Shown here: positions 21,845 to 36,149 of the stretch, one piece after another
Layout: each line of letters begins with the position of its first letter
Numbering within the stretch: position 1 is the stretch's first letter
DNA from: Pelomyxa schiedti
Lineage: Eukaryota; Protista; Evosea
Reading direction: 5' to 3'
Assembly: GCA_020536535.1 (NCBI GenBank)
Contig: JAHLWZ010000434.1
Coordinates: forward strand, 1-41,635
DNA length: 41,635 bases
Notes under the pieces: model-generated
Databases searched by the model: none
Seen by the model: the letters and a program-made list of their open reading frames with translations, nothing else
Told to the model about the DNA's origin: nothing
Position numbers and translations under genes: made by a program

Positions 21845-22089
21845 ATAGCCCAAACCCACCAGAGCCAAACACACAACACAACCCATTCTTTTGGGAAAAA
21901 CACCAGAACAACAAACAACAATAAATACAATTGAGTCTGTTTGCTGTGTACCCCAGAGTGCCCCCACAGTTTCTGTAATTTTTTTTTGATCAAAACAATC
22001 AAAACAAATAAACTACCGGATCAAAACCGAATCGGTAGAACAACCCCTGCACGGCCCCACAACACCCCAGAAACTGGTAGCATCCCACA

Positions 22090-24537
22090 ATGTCGTCTGA
22101 CATACCTCTTGTTGAGCACAAAGGGGCGTGGTCGAAGGAGCCGTCGTCGGTCTCGTGGCGTGGGCGGTGTACAAGGCGAAAAGTTGCTTTTGCTAGCGTT
22201 GTGGCATTCGCGGTGGTGGTTTTGGTTATAATTGCCCTCGGTGTGTTATCTATTTTTGTCTTTCTCCCTTTTCAAATTCAATGCATTCATACTTTTTTTT
22301 TGCTGTTGCTGCTATTACTGTTGTTGTTTTTGTAAACGAAACTTGTCAATTGTAATTGCGGTTTAGTCCTGGTTGCTGTGAGAAACAAGAACGATGATGT
22401 GCACTTGGACGAAGATATTAATGTTGACAACATTGTTGAGGAACTTGGGCAACTTGAAGATATTGCCGAGCAATACGGCAATTGCCGAACTGACTTTAGT
22501 GGGTACGAATTCCGGCATATTTTTATGTCACTAATGTGGAAACCAAAAAAATAAGGGGATATGAAGCATCACTCGAATATCTGGAAGAGCAGTTGGCAGG
22601 GTCTGGCCTTATTGTTTGGAGGAGTCCAGTATTTTTCTCCCTCAGAATGCTCAACACAACAAGCGCCCTTAAAATGTCTCTGGTGTCACCTGTGAAGGTG
22701 GACTTCATACGCAATACCGACTGGAGGATTTTGGGAGGCAGTATCAGTAGCAACGTCTATGGAGCCCCCTTGTGCAATGTTTCTGGTCCTGGTTGTACTG
22801 ACGCAGATTATACCGGTAAGGTTACTGTTTGCAGTCTTCTACTCTGACTAATGACTAGGTTGCCCAAACGGCGCTGTCGCTGTTATTACTGACCCCCTCA
22901 ACGTCTGCTCTTGGAGTGAAAAGGTTGCTGTAGCTGTCAAGTACGAATATTTCCGGCTTGTTTTCTTTTCTAATGATCGAAGCAACTCTGCTGCAATGAT
23001 AATGGGCTATAGCACCGACTATCCAACCTCCCCACCAAGGTACACTACTTTAGAAAGGATAAGCTAATCCACGATTAGGTATTATTTTTCGGCGTACAAC
23101 CACCCAATTCCCGGCATTACTGTAACTGGCAAGTATGTAACGCCCCTTATTTTCCCATGTGGTAAAAGAAAGCAGTTTGGCGCAAATGTTACTTGCCTAT
23201 GGTGTCAGTGCTACAGTGAACGTTGAGGTTCTCCTATTCACCTTCCACTTTTTCTTTTTCCAACATCTTTAGTTCCTCATTGAAACAACTATCGTATTCA
23301 CAGAAAATTTGATTGCAGAAACCCCAACTGTATGGGTGTTTTCATTGCCCCTACTGATTGCCAATTAGGGAAATTCAGATAATATAGTGACAGTGGGGGC
23401 CCATTTGGATTCTACTTCCGAGGTTGATAGTTTCTCTATCTTCTTTCCTCCCATTTTCCGGTTTACCAGGGTTTGAAGTATGGTAATTAGGGTCCAGGTA
23501 TTAATGACAACGGGAGCGGAAGTATGACTCTGTTAGAGCTAGCTCTGGTTGTATCGAGAACAAAGTAGTTACCAAAAGGTCACTACTGAATTGGGCTAAC
23601 TATGTCTTGAGGATGTCCGATTGGATTAAAAACAAGATACAGTTTATGTGGTGGGCTGCAGAAGAGTACGGTCTCGTTGGGTCAGTACTGTACTTGCAGG
23701 TATTTTATTTCCTTTTCTTGAAAAGAATGACTAAAATGATAGGTTTTCCTCATAGTACCTCAATGCAACCGACAGAGCCAAAATTGTTTGCAACCTGAAT
23801 ATGGATATGACAGGAAGCCCAAATTACATTTTGGAGATAATAAATGGATCTACTGTAACCCAGCCTACAGCGCAATATGGAAGTATACAAATCCAAGTAC
23901 TCCTTTAAATATCTGCCTTCTAATTTTTAATTGTTGTAGAAATTGTATTCCGATTACCTGGAATCGCAGGATTTCCATTACAAACTGATTAACACCCATG
24001 GTGCTTCCGATTATTATCCCTTCAATTACTATGGCATTCCGGCCAACTCGATTGCAGGAGGGGCAGGTAATTTCCATTTTATATATTATATTTCACCCTC
24101 AAATATCTCCTTAGGAGAACTCAAAACCGCTGATGACCGCGACTTATTTGGCGGTGTATGCAATGTTGCAGCCGATCCCTGTTATCATCAGTATTCATAA
24201 AACTTACTTCATTACATACTAACCACAACAGGGTATGCGATACCATGGACAATTTCTCCACCGAGTGCCTTGAGCTAATTGGTATTGGTTCCATTTCTTA
24301 TCTCCAGAATTTGTTCCCCTTTCACTCATTGAAAAAACAGCCAAGGCGAATGCGCATGTAACACAAGAGCTTGCACAAAACGAAAATGTTAGGGACTTAC
24401 TGTTTGGAGGCGCAGCCCAAACACAGCAACAACAACCAATTGATTTACAGGACTTCCTAGACACCGTGGCACAGAACAACAAGCATTACTCTATCCTCTC
24501 CATAGAACCACTCCATGTAACAGATATACTATCTTGA
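22090..24537 (+). CDS. M28 family aminopeptidase with PA domain and N-terminal membrane anchor
   Basis: Hydrophobic VAFASVVAFAVVVLVIIALGVLV. Zn-ligand motifs VGAHLDS, GPGINDNGSGS, WWAAEEYGLVGS, NLNMDMTGSPN, ASDYYPF, DPCYHQ. PA-like segment GPGCTDADY...CSWSEKV. More than a dozen short introns. Confidence 0.93.
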
Positions 24538-24717
24538 AAACAAAACAAAACAAAAAAAAAAGTTGTGCTCTGTGGGCTTCGAACCACGCCACAACAAAAC
24601 AAGTTCCCTTTCCTCCCAAGTTGCTGGGGTGCGAAAAACCAAGTCGGAAATCACACAAACAAAATCGAAATAACAGCAAATCAGAAAAACAAAATAACCA
24701 CAACGAACTAAACCAAC

Positions 24718-26373
24718 ATGAGCGCGTTTCCTCGTCTTGTACCAAAAACCACTGTTGGGAACACAAACCAGCCCCAACTACAAAACGCCACACTCCAGCA
24801 ACTACCACCACCAACTAAATTAAACAACCCCACCCAGCCCCAAAAAGCCCAACCACCCACTTCACAACCTCCTGTTCAGATAAATACCACACCCAATTCC
24901 ACAACACAAGGAGCAGCAACAGCAACTGCAGCCGCAGCAACTGCAACTGCAACAGCAAACAATAACAACGTGGCCACGCAAAGGCAGGCACAGCGCTATG
25001 CCACAGTGCAATACAGTGACCTGGTCACATCAAGATCCACCCAGCAGTTCCTGGAGTCACTCCACACACTCATCTACACTGACATTGACAAGTTCCTGCA
25101 CCCCCAAGTAACCCCAACACAGCCAAACGCCGATGACGTCATCAAGCAAAAGGCCGCCCTGCTGGCTCAGTCGTCATCTTGCGCGCAGCAACTGCAGCGA
25201 GGCGGGTGGGTTCTGTCCGCGGAGTTGCTTTCGGCCGTGACGTCACAGCGAATCCGGCCTTCCACGAAGGCAGCCGCCGCGGCCATCATCAGCGATGTGA
25301 TGTGGCTCAATGCTGATAAGTACCAGGACGAGGCGAATACCTCTCGCGCTGAGATGCTGTCCCTGGATGACGAAGCGGCAATACATCAGAAGCTGCTCAA
25401 GGACGCGAAGGACGAGGAGGAAGCTCTGGAGGCACAGCTGAGGCTTGTGAAATTGAAAAAGGCCCAGGAGCAAGGGAAGTGCGAGGAGTTGAGGAGGCTG
25501 AGCCTGCAGGCAAAAGCAAAGAACGAGGTTCTGACCGCAAAGGAGAAGCTGTTCAGGGCAGAGCACCAGGGGACTGAGGAGACACTGAGGGGTGTCATTG
25601 AGGCTATTGGGGCACTTCAATCGAAGATTCGGGCTTCGAAGCTGGAAGACTTGACCTGCAGCGATGTTGCTATGCTTCTGAGAGAGCTGGGATTGTCTCA
25701 GCACTGCGAGGCATTCGAAAATATCCCGTGCAATGGGCCTACACTAGAGCTTATTGTTAACGAGAACAACTGGGAGGACACCGGCATCACTGACATCATG
25801 GAGAGGAAACTGCTATCATACTCAGTGTGGTTAATAAGTTCCTCTGGGAGAATCCGCGCCCCAATCCCAAGTGACCTCACAGCTAGTGTACTGGGCACTG
25901 AAGATACCTCCCTGTTGCAGCTTCCCTCATTCTCAGGACCGCAACTTGAGCAATGGCTCCGAGTCTGTCACCTCGCAGATAAATTCTCTTCTGTTCCTGG
26001 ATATGCATTCCTCGAGATGACAGGCACTGACCTCAAACGGCTGGGAATCGACCTTCCCCTCTGTCCACCAGTAACCAGGCTGATCAAGGCCACAAGGGTG
26101 AGCCTGGCACAGGCATTCGTAGTAACAAGCATGCGTGAATCCAGTGTTGCACTAGAGAACAAGAGGATACCGCCGCAGTGGCAGTGTGCCCTCACAGGGA
26201 GGCAGATGCAAAACCCAGTGATTGCAAAGGACGGCTTTGTCTATGACTCCTCGACGGTCCCACCAGAAGAATCAACCCACAGCCCACTTACTTATGAAGA
26301 ATGGACTCCCAGTTCCATTCTACCATGGACTTGTATCACCTGGAAGAAACTACTTGACAACAGGAGGCTTTGA
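24718..26373 (+). CDS. Intronless coiled-coil / SAM / SAM / U-box protein (putative E3 ligase)
   Basis: 551-aa ORF. E/K/A/Q-rich heptad region; SAM-like LTCSDVAMLLRELGLSQHCEAFENIPCNGPTL and FSGPQLEQWL..VPGYAFLEMTGTDLKRLGI; U-box-like IPPQWQCALTGRQMQNPVIAKDGFVYD..SPLT. Confidence 0.8.
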   Translation: MSAFPRLVPKTTVGNTNQPQLQNATLQQLPPPTKLNNPTQPQKAQPPTSQPPVQINTTPNSTTQGAATATAAAATATATANNNNVATQRQAQRYATVQYSDLVTSRSTQQFLESLHTLIYTDIDKFLHPQVTPTQPNADDVIKQKAALLAQSSSCAQQLQRGGWVLSAELLSAVTSQRIRPSTKAAAAAIISDVMWLNADKYQDEANTSRAEMLSLDDEAAIHQKLLKDAKDEEEALEAQLRLVKLKKAQEQGKCEELRRLSLQAKAKNEVLTAKEKLFRAEHQGTEETLRGVIEAIGALQSKIRASKLEDLTCSDVAMLLRELGLSQHCEAFENIPCNGPTLELIVNENNWEDTGITDIMERKLLSYSVWLISSSGRIRAPIPSDLTASVLGTEDTSLLQLPSFSGPQLEQWLRVCHLADKFSSVPGYAFLEMTGTDLKRLGIDLPLCPPVTRLIKATRVSLAQAFVVTSMRESSVALENKRIPPQWQCALTGRQMQNPVIAKDGFVYDSSTVPPEESTHSPLTYEEWTPSSILPWTCITWKKLLDNRRL

Positions 26374-26619
26374 CACCACTGTTTTGTAACTCAGTATTGA
26401 TGATTAAGAATGCTCTTGCAAATAGTGGGTGATTCGACAACTGAGAGAGTTGATGTGTAGATCCGCTTAGCGGAAAAAAGTCAAAGGGTGAAAAATATAA
26501 ACCACCGCATTTTTTCGTTCGTTCTGTTCAAGGAGCACTTTTTTTTTTTGAAAACAGAAACATCAAAACAAGGGGAGCCACGTGCGGATCTTCGTGTCGT
26601 GCGACATAACCAACCAACA

Positions 26620-28894
26620 ATGACCGCAGCATCAACCGCCGTCACTATTCCTGTTCGTTTTTGCTGCCGATTCTTTTTATTTTATGCTTTTTTTTTTTTT
26701 TCCCCTGTACAGTAGCACCCGTTTTTCCCCGTCGTTTTTATGGTTTTTGTTGTTGTTGAAACAACGCGGTTCGTTTTTCTGATAATGGGAATAGAAGGAC
26801 CTGCAGGTGTGTGGGTGGATGCACAAGGAAGGAGGAGGTCACGGTGGCCTCCGAAACTGGAAGAAACGTTGGTTTAAAAACACACGCGAGCAGCCCCTGG
26901 TTTTGAGTTACTATCAGTACAAAGATGTCCCTGCCTCGCTTAAGGTTGGTTCACTTTTTGATGTGATTTTCCCCTCCCATAACTCGCGTTTAGGGCACTG
27001 TTGATCTTAAACAAGTATTGGCGTATGCTTGCACTAAACCCACAATTACCGCCAATGTTACATACGACAAAGTAAGTGTGTTTTTGGGTGTGTTCAGTGT
27101 CGCCTGACTGCTTCGTAGGTAAGAACAGGATTCCGACTTACCACACCTAGTCGTGTATTCCGGTTCGTTGCCGAAGGCCTTCAATCTGGCAAATATTGGA
27201 CTGCAGCGTAGTTCCTCCATTTTTCCAGTTTGCAATCTTATTTCTCTCCTTAGATTTGCAGCTCTCATTGAAGAAGTAATCAAGTTGCACCCAGTTGATT
27301 GGGCAGACAGGCCCAAACCCGTGGCTGTTACGGTTTGTAATCACTGCTGCAGTGCTTGTTTCTCACTGTCTCCAGGCACCACCGACAGCACCTGTTGCAA
27401 GAGTCTCACCCAAAACCGGAATGCACTATTGTGGAAAGTGAGACCATTTTCGTTGGATAAGTTCGACCCACTTACCCTCTCTAGGGCCGGACTCCCGAAG
27501 GGCAAGTATTGTACAGGCACTTGTGGACCAACTGACGGTCTCAATTGCCCCGAGTGTGCTCTTCTGGACAAGAAAGCTGGAATTAAAAACTTTTATGCTG
27601 TATGATTTTCAGTCAGCATTGTTACCAACTCATCCAACCAAAGAAAGCATTGAAGGCGGAGGAATCTGAATCTTCTTCCTCTTCCTCTGACGAGGGATCT
27701 TATTCCGTTTCCACCTCTGCAAGTGCATCTTATTCCTCTTCCACCTCCACGGAATCTGAATCAGATGACAGGGTGTGTCTCCAAATTTTGGAGAAATCAA
27801 TTCACTAATACTTTCCAGCATCATAAATCCAAGCACTCCTCAAAGACAACCAAGACAAAAGAAGCTGTTGTTGTACGAACTTATTTTCTGTTTTTTTGTG
27901 CCAACCCTTTTGCAGGTTCCTCCCAAGGGATCCTCTTCATCCACTGGTGAACTGAGAAGTTCAAGTAGGTCTCATGAGACTGGCTCCAAGGCAAAGCTCA
28001 CATCATCAAGCAAGTCCGATCTCAGGACTTCCTCCAAGACCCCAGACAGGGAAGAGCGTGATAGGGACCGCCATGACCACGGTCATGACAGGTTTTTCTT
28101 CTTCTTTTTTTTTTTTTTTTTTTTGCCTTTCTACTCTCTAACGAGTACTACAGAGAGAGGGACCGAGACAGGGAGAGGGGTGACAGGGACAGAGGTGACA
28201 GAGACCGCGAAAGGGAAAGAGAAAAGGAGCGCGAACGAGAGAAGGAAAAAGAACGAGAAAGAGAGAAGGAGAAGGAGAGGGAGAAGGAAAAAGAGAGGGA
28301 AAGGCGTGAGCGCGAGGCCGCCGATGCCGAGCGAGCTAGGCAGGAGGAAGCCATTCGCCTAGAGGCAGAGAGGCAAGCCAGGGAAGAGGCCGAGAGACAA
28401 GCCCGCGAGGAGGCAGAGAGGCAGGCAAGGGCGGAGGCAGAGAGGCAAGCCCGCGAGGAAGCGGAGAGGCAGGCCCGTGAAGAAGCAGAGCGCCTCGAAC
28501 GCGAGAAAGCAGAGCGAGAGGCCAGGGAGAAGGAGGCAGCCCGCGCAGCATCCGCCGCCTCCTCAACCTCATCAGCAGCAGCACCCAAGGCCAAGTCCAG
28601 CAGCCGCAAGAGGAGCGGCAGCGGATCCGGCGGCGACGACCGCCACGGCCACGGCAGCAGCAAGCACCACAGTCACAGGCACGAGAAGCCAGAGAAGCCT
28701 TCGTCGTCGTCCCGCCGGACTGATAAGACTACTTCCAGCACTCCAAGCAAGACAAGTGAGCCAGGGGGTGCAGACAGGCACCACCGCCATCACCACCGCA
28801 AGGTATTATTATTATTCTTCGGCATTGAATCGCGTAAACTTACACACTTGCCTTGCAGGATTTCAAGGAGATTGAATGGTCTGACTCTGAGTAA
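26620..28894 (+). CDS. PH-domain protein with Cys-rich motif, Ser-rich region, ER/K charged helix and acidic C-terminus
   Basis: Spliced MTAASTAVTIP|KDLQVCGWMHKEGGGHGGLRNWKKRWF...GTVDL...FRLTTPSRVFRFVA..W..(PH); HYCGK|AGLPKGKYCTGTCGPTDGLNCPEC; long RE/KE tract; last exon 28859-28894 DFKEIEWSDSE*. Confidence 0.85.
28362..28493 (+). repeat. Coding 24-bp tandem repeat (EAERQARE) x5 plus a partial unit
   Basis: Units such as GAGGCAGAGAGGCAAGCCCGCGAG, with mostly synonymous variation. Confidence 0.9.
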
Positions 28895-29371
28895 ACCAAA
28901 CCAAACCAAAACAAACAAGGGCACCCCACTCCACCTTTACAATACCAGTAGAAAAAGAAAAACCATCAAAACCTTCATGGTATTTTTCTAAGCATGTTGT
29001 TCTATGCGGACATAACACAAAAATCGTGGTTTGTCGTGCCTTGGTTCTGGTCTCGTTCTTGTCTTGGATTGATTCCAACCTAGTATTAGCAGAAAACCTC
29101 TAAAAGAAAAAAAAATTGACTCTATTTTTCTCTCTCCTTTGTGGATCTGAGATCGCCGATAATTTCGTAAATCGTTCCGCTTTCGACGATGGGAAGGGAG
29201 GACAGAACGGGCCGATCGGCCTTCAAAAAGCCACTCTTTCCAACACACTTCACCTCATAATTTAATTAAAACAAACAACAAGCAAGTGTAGTTGTAGTAG
29301 TTGTATCCCGATACACACAAACAAACAAACACAAAACAAAGAAACAAAAACCCAACCAAACAACCAACGAA

Positions 29372-32287
<2,916 letters not shown>

Positions 32288-32421
32288 GACCCATAACAAA
32301 AAGAAGCCCTTGTTGGCAAAGTTTTGGTTCTTAGTGGAACCTTCTGTGTACAGTACTCGCTTATCACCCACAATCAATTTGGCTCAACCAATCAAATTCG
32401 TTTTCGATAAAAAAATCAACG

Positions 32422-34775
32422 ATGAATCGACGTGGGCGGGGGACGCAGGGCCTTGGGCGGCGCACGGGCAACGCCGGGGGTGGCGGGGGCCGCAGTGTGC
32501 AGATTGTGGGANNNNNNNNNNNNNNNNNNNNNNNNNNNNNNNNNNNNNNNNNNNNNNNNNNNNNNNNNNNNNNNNNNNNNNNNNNNNNNNNNNNNNNNNN
32601 NNNNNNNNNNNATCAAATTCGTTTTCGATAAAAAAATCAACGATGAATCGACGTGGGCGGGGGACGCAGGGCCTTGGGCGGCGCACGGGCAACGCCGGGG
32701 GTGGCGGGGGCCGCAGTGTGCAGATTGTGGGACTGCTGGTTGTTGGCCTGGTCGTCGTTTACATGGTGGTGATGACATACTACGTGTTCAGCGGCCGGGG
32801 AACCGAGACGGCCACAACCACGACCGGGGTTTTTGACGACGCCGACGCCGACGCGCTCCCTGGGGCGAGGACGCCTTTTCGTACCCAAATTTTGTATGGG
32901 CTGCCCAACTGCAAAATTATGTTTGGGCAGCAGTTTAGTTTTAATAGAATAGCCAAATTTCTAGATGGGGCTGTGTGAGAAGATATTAAACACAAATATG
33001 TTTGGAGGCAGTCTAAAATGGCTAAACGATATTTCTAACTAAAGTGAATGGGCTTTGTTGAAAGGCTATTAATAAAATAACCGGAGTTAAAACCAAAACA
33101 AACAAAACAAAAGTAAGGCTCCCAGCAAAGTGCCAACAAAGACAATGGATGGAAAAACAGTGGTTAGGATTGGACCACTTGCCCGCGCAGAGGGAAAACC
33201 TGACTCCCCTGAGCCAAGCCCAGAATTTGTGGATGTAAAAGTGAAAGGCACTGTAATTCCGCCACAGAGAGAGCCAGCACCCCTCACTGAACCAAAAGAA
33301 TCGGACCAAACGCCAACAGAACCAGAAGAGGTGGAATCTGAAGAGACTGGCGAAGAACGGCACTTTACACTGAGGCCACAACCCCCACTGAATGGTCCTG
33401 ACTATACTTCCATTGATCCGTCCAACAAGTGCCAAGTCGTGGATGTGGTGTACACTTGGGTCAATGGCAGGTCTGATTCTTTTTCTTCTTTTTTAATTCA
33501 AGTGTTTCCTCACCCTCTCTTTAGTGATCCAGAATTCCGGAAGATAAAGGCAAACTGGACTTCAGTATCATACTTTGAAGGGGGATTTCGCGACTATGGT
33601 GTCCTAAAATATTCAATGAGGTAACTTTGGGTCTGCTCATTCAATGGTTTACACTCAACAGGTCGATTGAGAAGTTTATGCCTTGGGCACGAGATATTAT
33701 TCTGGTTACAAATGGGCAAGTACCCACATGGGCAAACATAAGTGCACCAAGGTTCAGAGTTGTTACTCACGAACAGGTTTGCACAAATACTTCGAATATG
33801 CTTCTCTAACACTGGCTTAATTCTTTTAGATCTTCAAGAATAAAAAGAACCTTCCCACATTCAACAGGTCACTCTCGTAAATTTTTGGCTTCAGTATCAG
33901 TAAAACCAACGTACAGCAATGCTATTGAAGCTAGCATCCACAACATTCCTGGTCTTGCCCCCTGCCTTTTGTACTTAAATGATGATATGTTCCTGGGCAG
34001 CAATGTGACCAAAGACTAGTTTGTCCCACTTTTTTGAAATTCCAGCCGAAGTTAAGTACAGACAGTTTTTTTGATCCTGAAACCGGCATACAAAATGTCT
34101 TCTTCTCCCACACAAAGGCACCAGCGTGGAATGCCATGAGAACCAATAAGTGGCACGCCAGTGTTGGATTCTCAAATTCGTTATTCAACTCGTGTGTGTT
34201 TCCTTTTTTCCCGCAACATTGTTAACAACAATTTTTCCCACCAGATACTACAATCCCACTAACCTGACATTGGAACACCACTATACTGGGCACAATTGCT
34301 ATTTCATGCGCCAAGATGTGAGTACTCTTGCACTAAATATACATATGACCAGTAACATTGACAACTAGGTGATTGATGTGATGTATCATAGATGGCAGAA
34401 GAATTTCGACTTTGCTGAGACCCACAAATTCCGGCATCGAAATGACACAGCATTCCCTTTTCTGAACATGAATGTTGCTTTTGCTGAGGGTGTTGGTCAA
34501 AGACCTAAATTCCGGAACCGGGCAGCTTTTGGAACGTGGAAATCAAACTCAACTTTGGTGCCTTAAACCTCCCACAATAAGACAATTCTCTTACACATAA
34601 ACAGAACATTGAGTGGTGGAAAGGAATGGTAAAAAATAACCCGTACTGCGTTTGTCTGAATGATGCCCTGGATGATACACCCGAATCACTCATTGAAATA
34701 GAAAGACTGAAAGCACTCTTTGAAGAAATGCTCCCGATTCCATCCCGTGTGGAAAAGAGACTAAATCCGCACTAG
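32422..34775 (+). CDS. Stealth-family hexose-1-phosphate transferase (GNPTAB/Gpt-like), type II membrane protein
   Basis: TM segment IVGLLVVGLVVVYMVVMTYYVF; CR1 VDVVYTWVNGSDPEF; CR2 LKYSMRSIEKFMPW..VTNGQVPTW..VVTHEQIF..LPTFNSNAIEASIHNIPGL..LYLNDDMFLG; CR3 HKFRHRND; CR4 CLND..LPIPSRVE. The start is duplicated across the gap (32422/32643). Confidence 0.93.
32512..32611. other. Scaffold gap (100 N) with duplicated flanks
   Basis: About 32391-32511 is repeated from 32612. Confidence 0.97.
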
Positions 34776-34914
34776 TGTGCCGGTACAATGCTTTCCTAAA
34801 TTCCATCCACTAATTCCTTTCAGGAGACAAATTCGCACCCATTTCTTTCCTGTCCTATAAATCTATCTATTTGATAAAAGATGAAAAATACTACAAGCTA
34901 CAAAGGATATTTTT

Positions 34915-36133
34915 TCATTCCTGGGTTGGGATGTACAGTGGGCACCTTGAGGGTATTGTAGCGGAAAATGTTTTATCACCAGTGAATACAATAGTGGGAT
35001 TGTGGGATGCGGTAATCAATATTTCCTCGTTGCACCCACTCAGGAACCTTATGAGCAAACCCTGAGGTAAATTTTCAAACTGCAGACTGGCCTTACGCAG
35101 CACCTCCCCATAATTGTTAATCGCCTGGTGGTGGGCAAATGCCAGAGGCATGGCCGCGGCCTGCTTTGGTATTATCAGGTCATTAACTGCTTCCTGGTTT
35201 GATTTTGACCACACCTAAAATAATAAATAATGCGTTATGAATAATTGACACCGGGCCTCATTTTCTAAAACACTATTTTTATTTTACAAACATCAATTCC
35301 AGCTATATGGATAACTCCACTCTTGTAGTAGTTTTTTTTCAAATGCATAACTAACAACACCAAACACCAAACACCAAAAACCAAAAAACCAAAAAACCAA
35401 CGAACCTGGTGCCATTCACCGTGGCCCTGCCACATCTTCCACACCCCATTCGACCTGGGCCCGATCATCAAGCACACCCTGCGGTCCGACCGCCACGCGT
35501 ACACCATCATGGGATCCTTCCACATCGGGATGGGCCCCGAGTCGGGCTCGCTCGTTCCAAAGTGCCACGACTCCCGGCGGCCGTCGCCCTTGCCCCCCAC
35601 CGCTACGTCGTAGATCGTGCCGTGCCGCAGCACCCNNNNNNNNNNNNNNNNNNNNNNNNNNNNNNNNNNNNNNNNNNNNNNNNNNNNNNNNNNNNNNNNN
35701 NNNNNNNNNNNNNNNNNNNNNNNNNNNNNNNNNNNTCCTTCCACATCGGGATGGGCCCCGAGTCGGGCTCGCTCGTTCCAAAGTGCCACGACTCCCGGCG
35801 GCCGTCGCCCTTGCCCCCCACCGCTACGTCGTAGATCGTGCCGTGCCGCAGCACCCCGGCGCCCTCCCACGTGGCCAGGGTGGGGTCCTCGGGGGGGCCG
35901 ACGCCGCGGGTGGTGCGGGGGAGCGCGGGGGGTTGGTGGAAGCGGGGGTCGAGGAGCAGGCGGCAGGCCGAGGCGAGGAAGTGCGGGGGCAGCCGGCGGG
36001 CGGGGCACGCGGCGCCGCAGCGGGGGTGGTGGGACAGGAGCAATGCCAAGGACTGCTGCCCGTGGTAGCCCAGCGTGGTCGGCAGCGCTCGTGCTGGGGG
36101 CGCACTACCCTTCGGGCCGCCGTGTGCCGCCAT
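34915..36133 (-). CDS. Uncharacterised two-exon protein, HPRCG-motif family, paralog A
   Basis: MAAHGG..GQQSLALLLSHHPRCGAACPARRLPPHFLASACRLLL...SNGVWKMWQGHGEWHQ|VWSKSNQEAVNDLIIP...RCPLYIPTQE*. Intron 35215-35405. Clear homolog at 38719-39618. Confidence 0.8.
35636..35735. other. Scaffold gap (100 N) with duplicated flanks
   Basis: About 35515-35635 is repeated from 35736. Confidence 0.97.
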
Positions 36134-36149
36134 TCACAGATGTGTCGGT

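Noticed and set aside
28148-28796. Minus-strand ORFs rich in SLSLSF/ACLSASS
   Set aside because: They are antisense shadows of the ER/K repeat exon.
34010-34070. In-frame TAG in the Stealth gene (NVTKD*) suggesting readthrough or an alternative code
   Set aside because: A phase-2 GT-AG intron (TA|GT...AG|T) restores YFFDPE, and other genes end normally on TAA, TAG and TGA.
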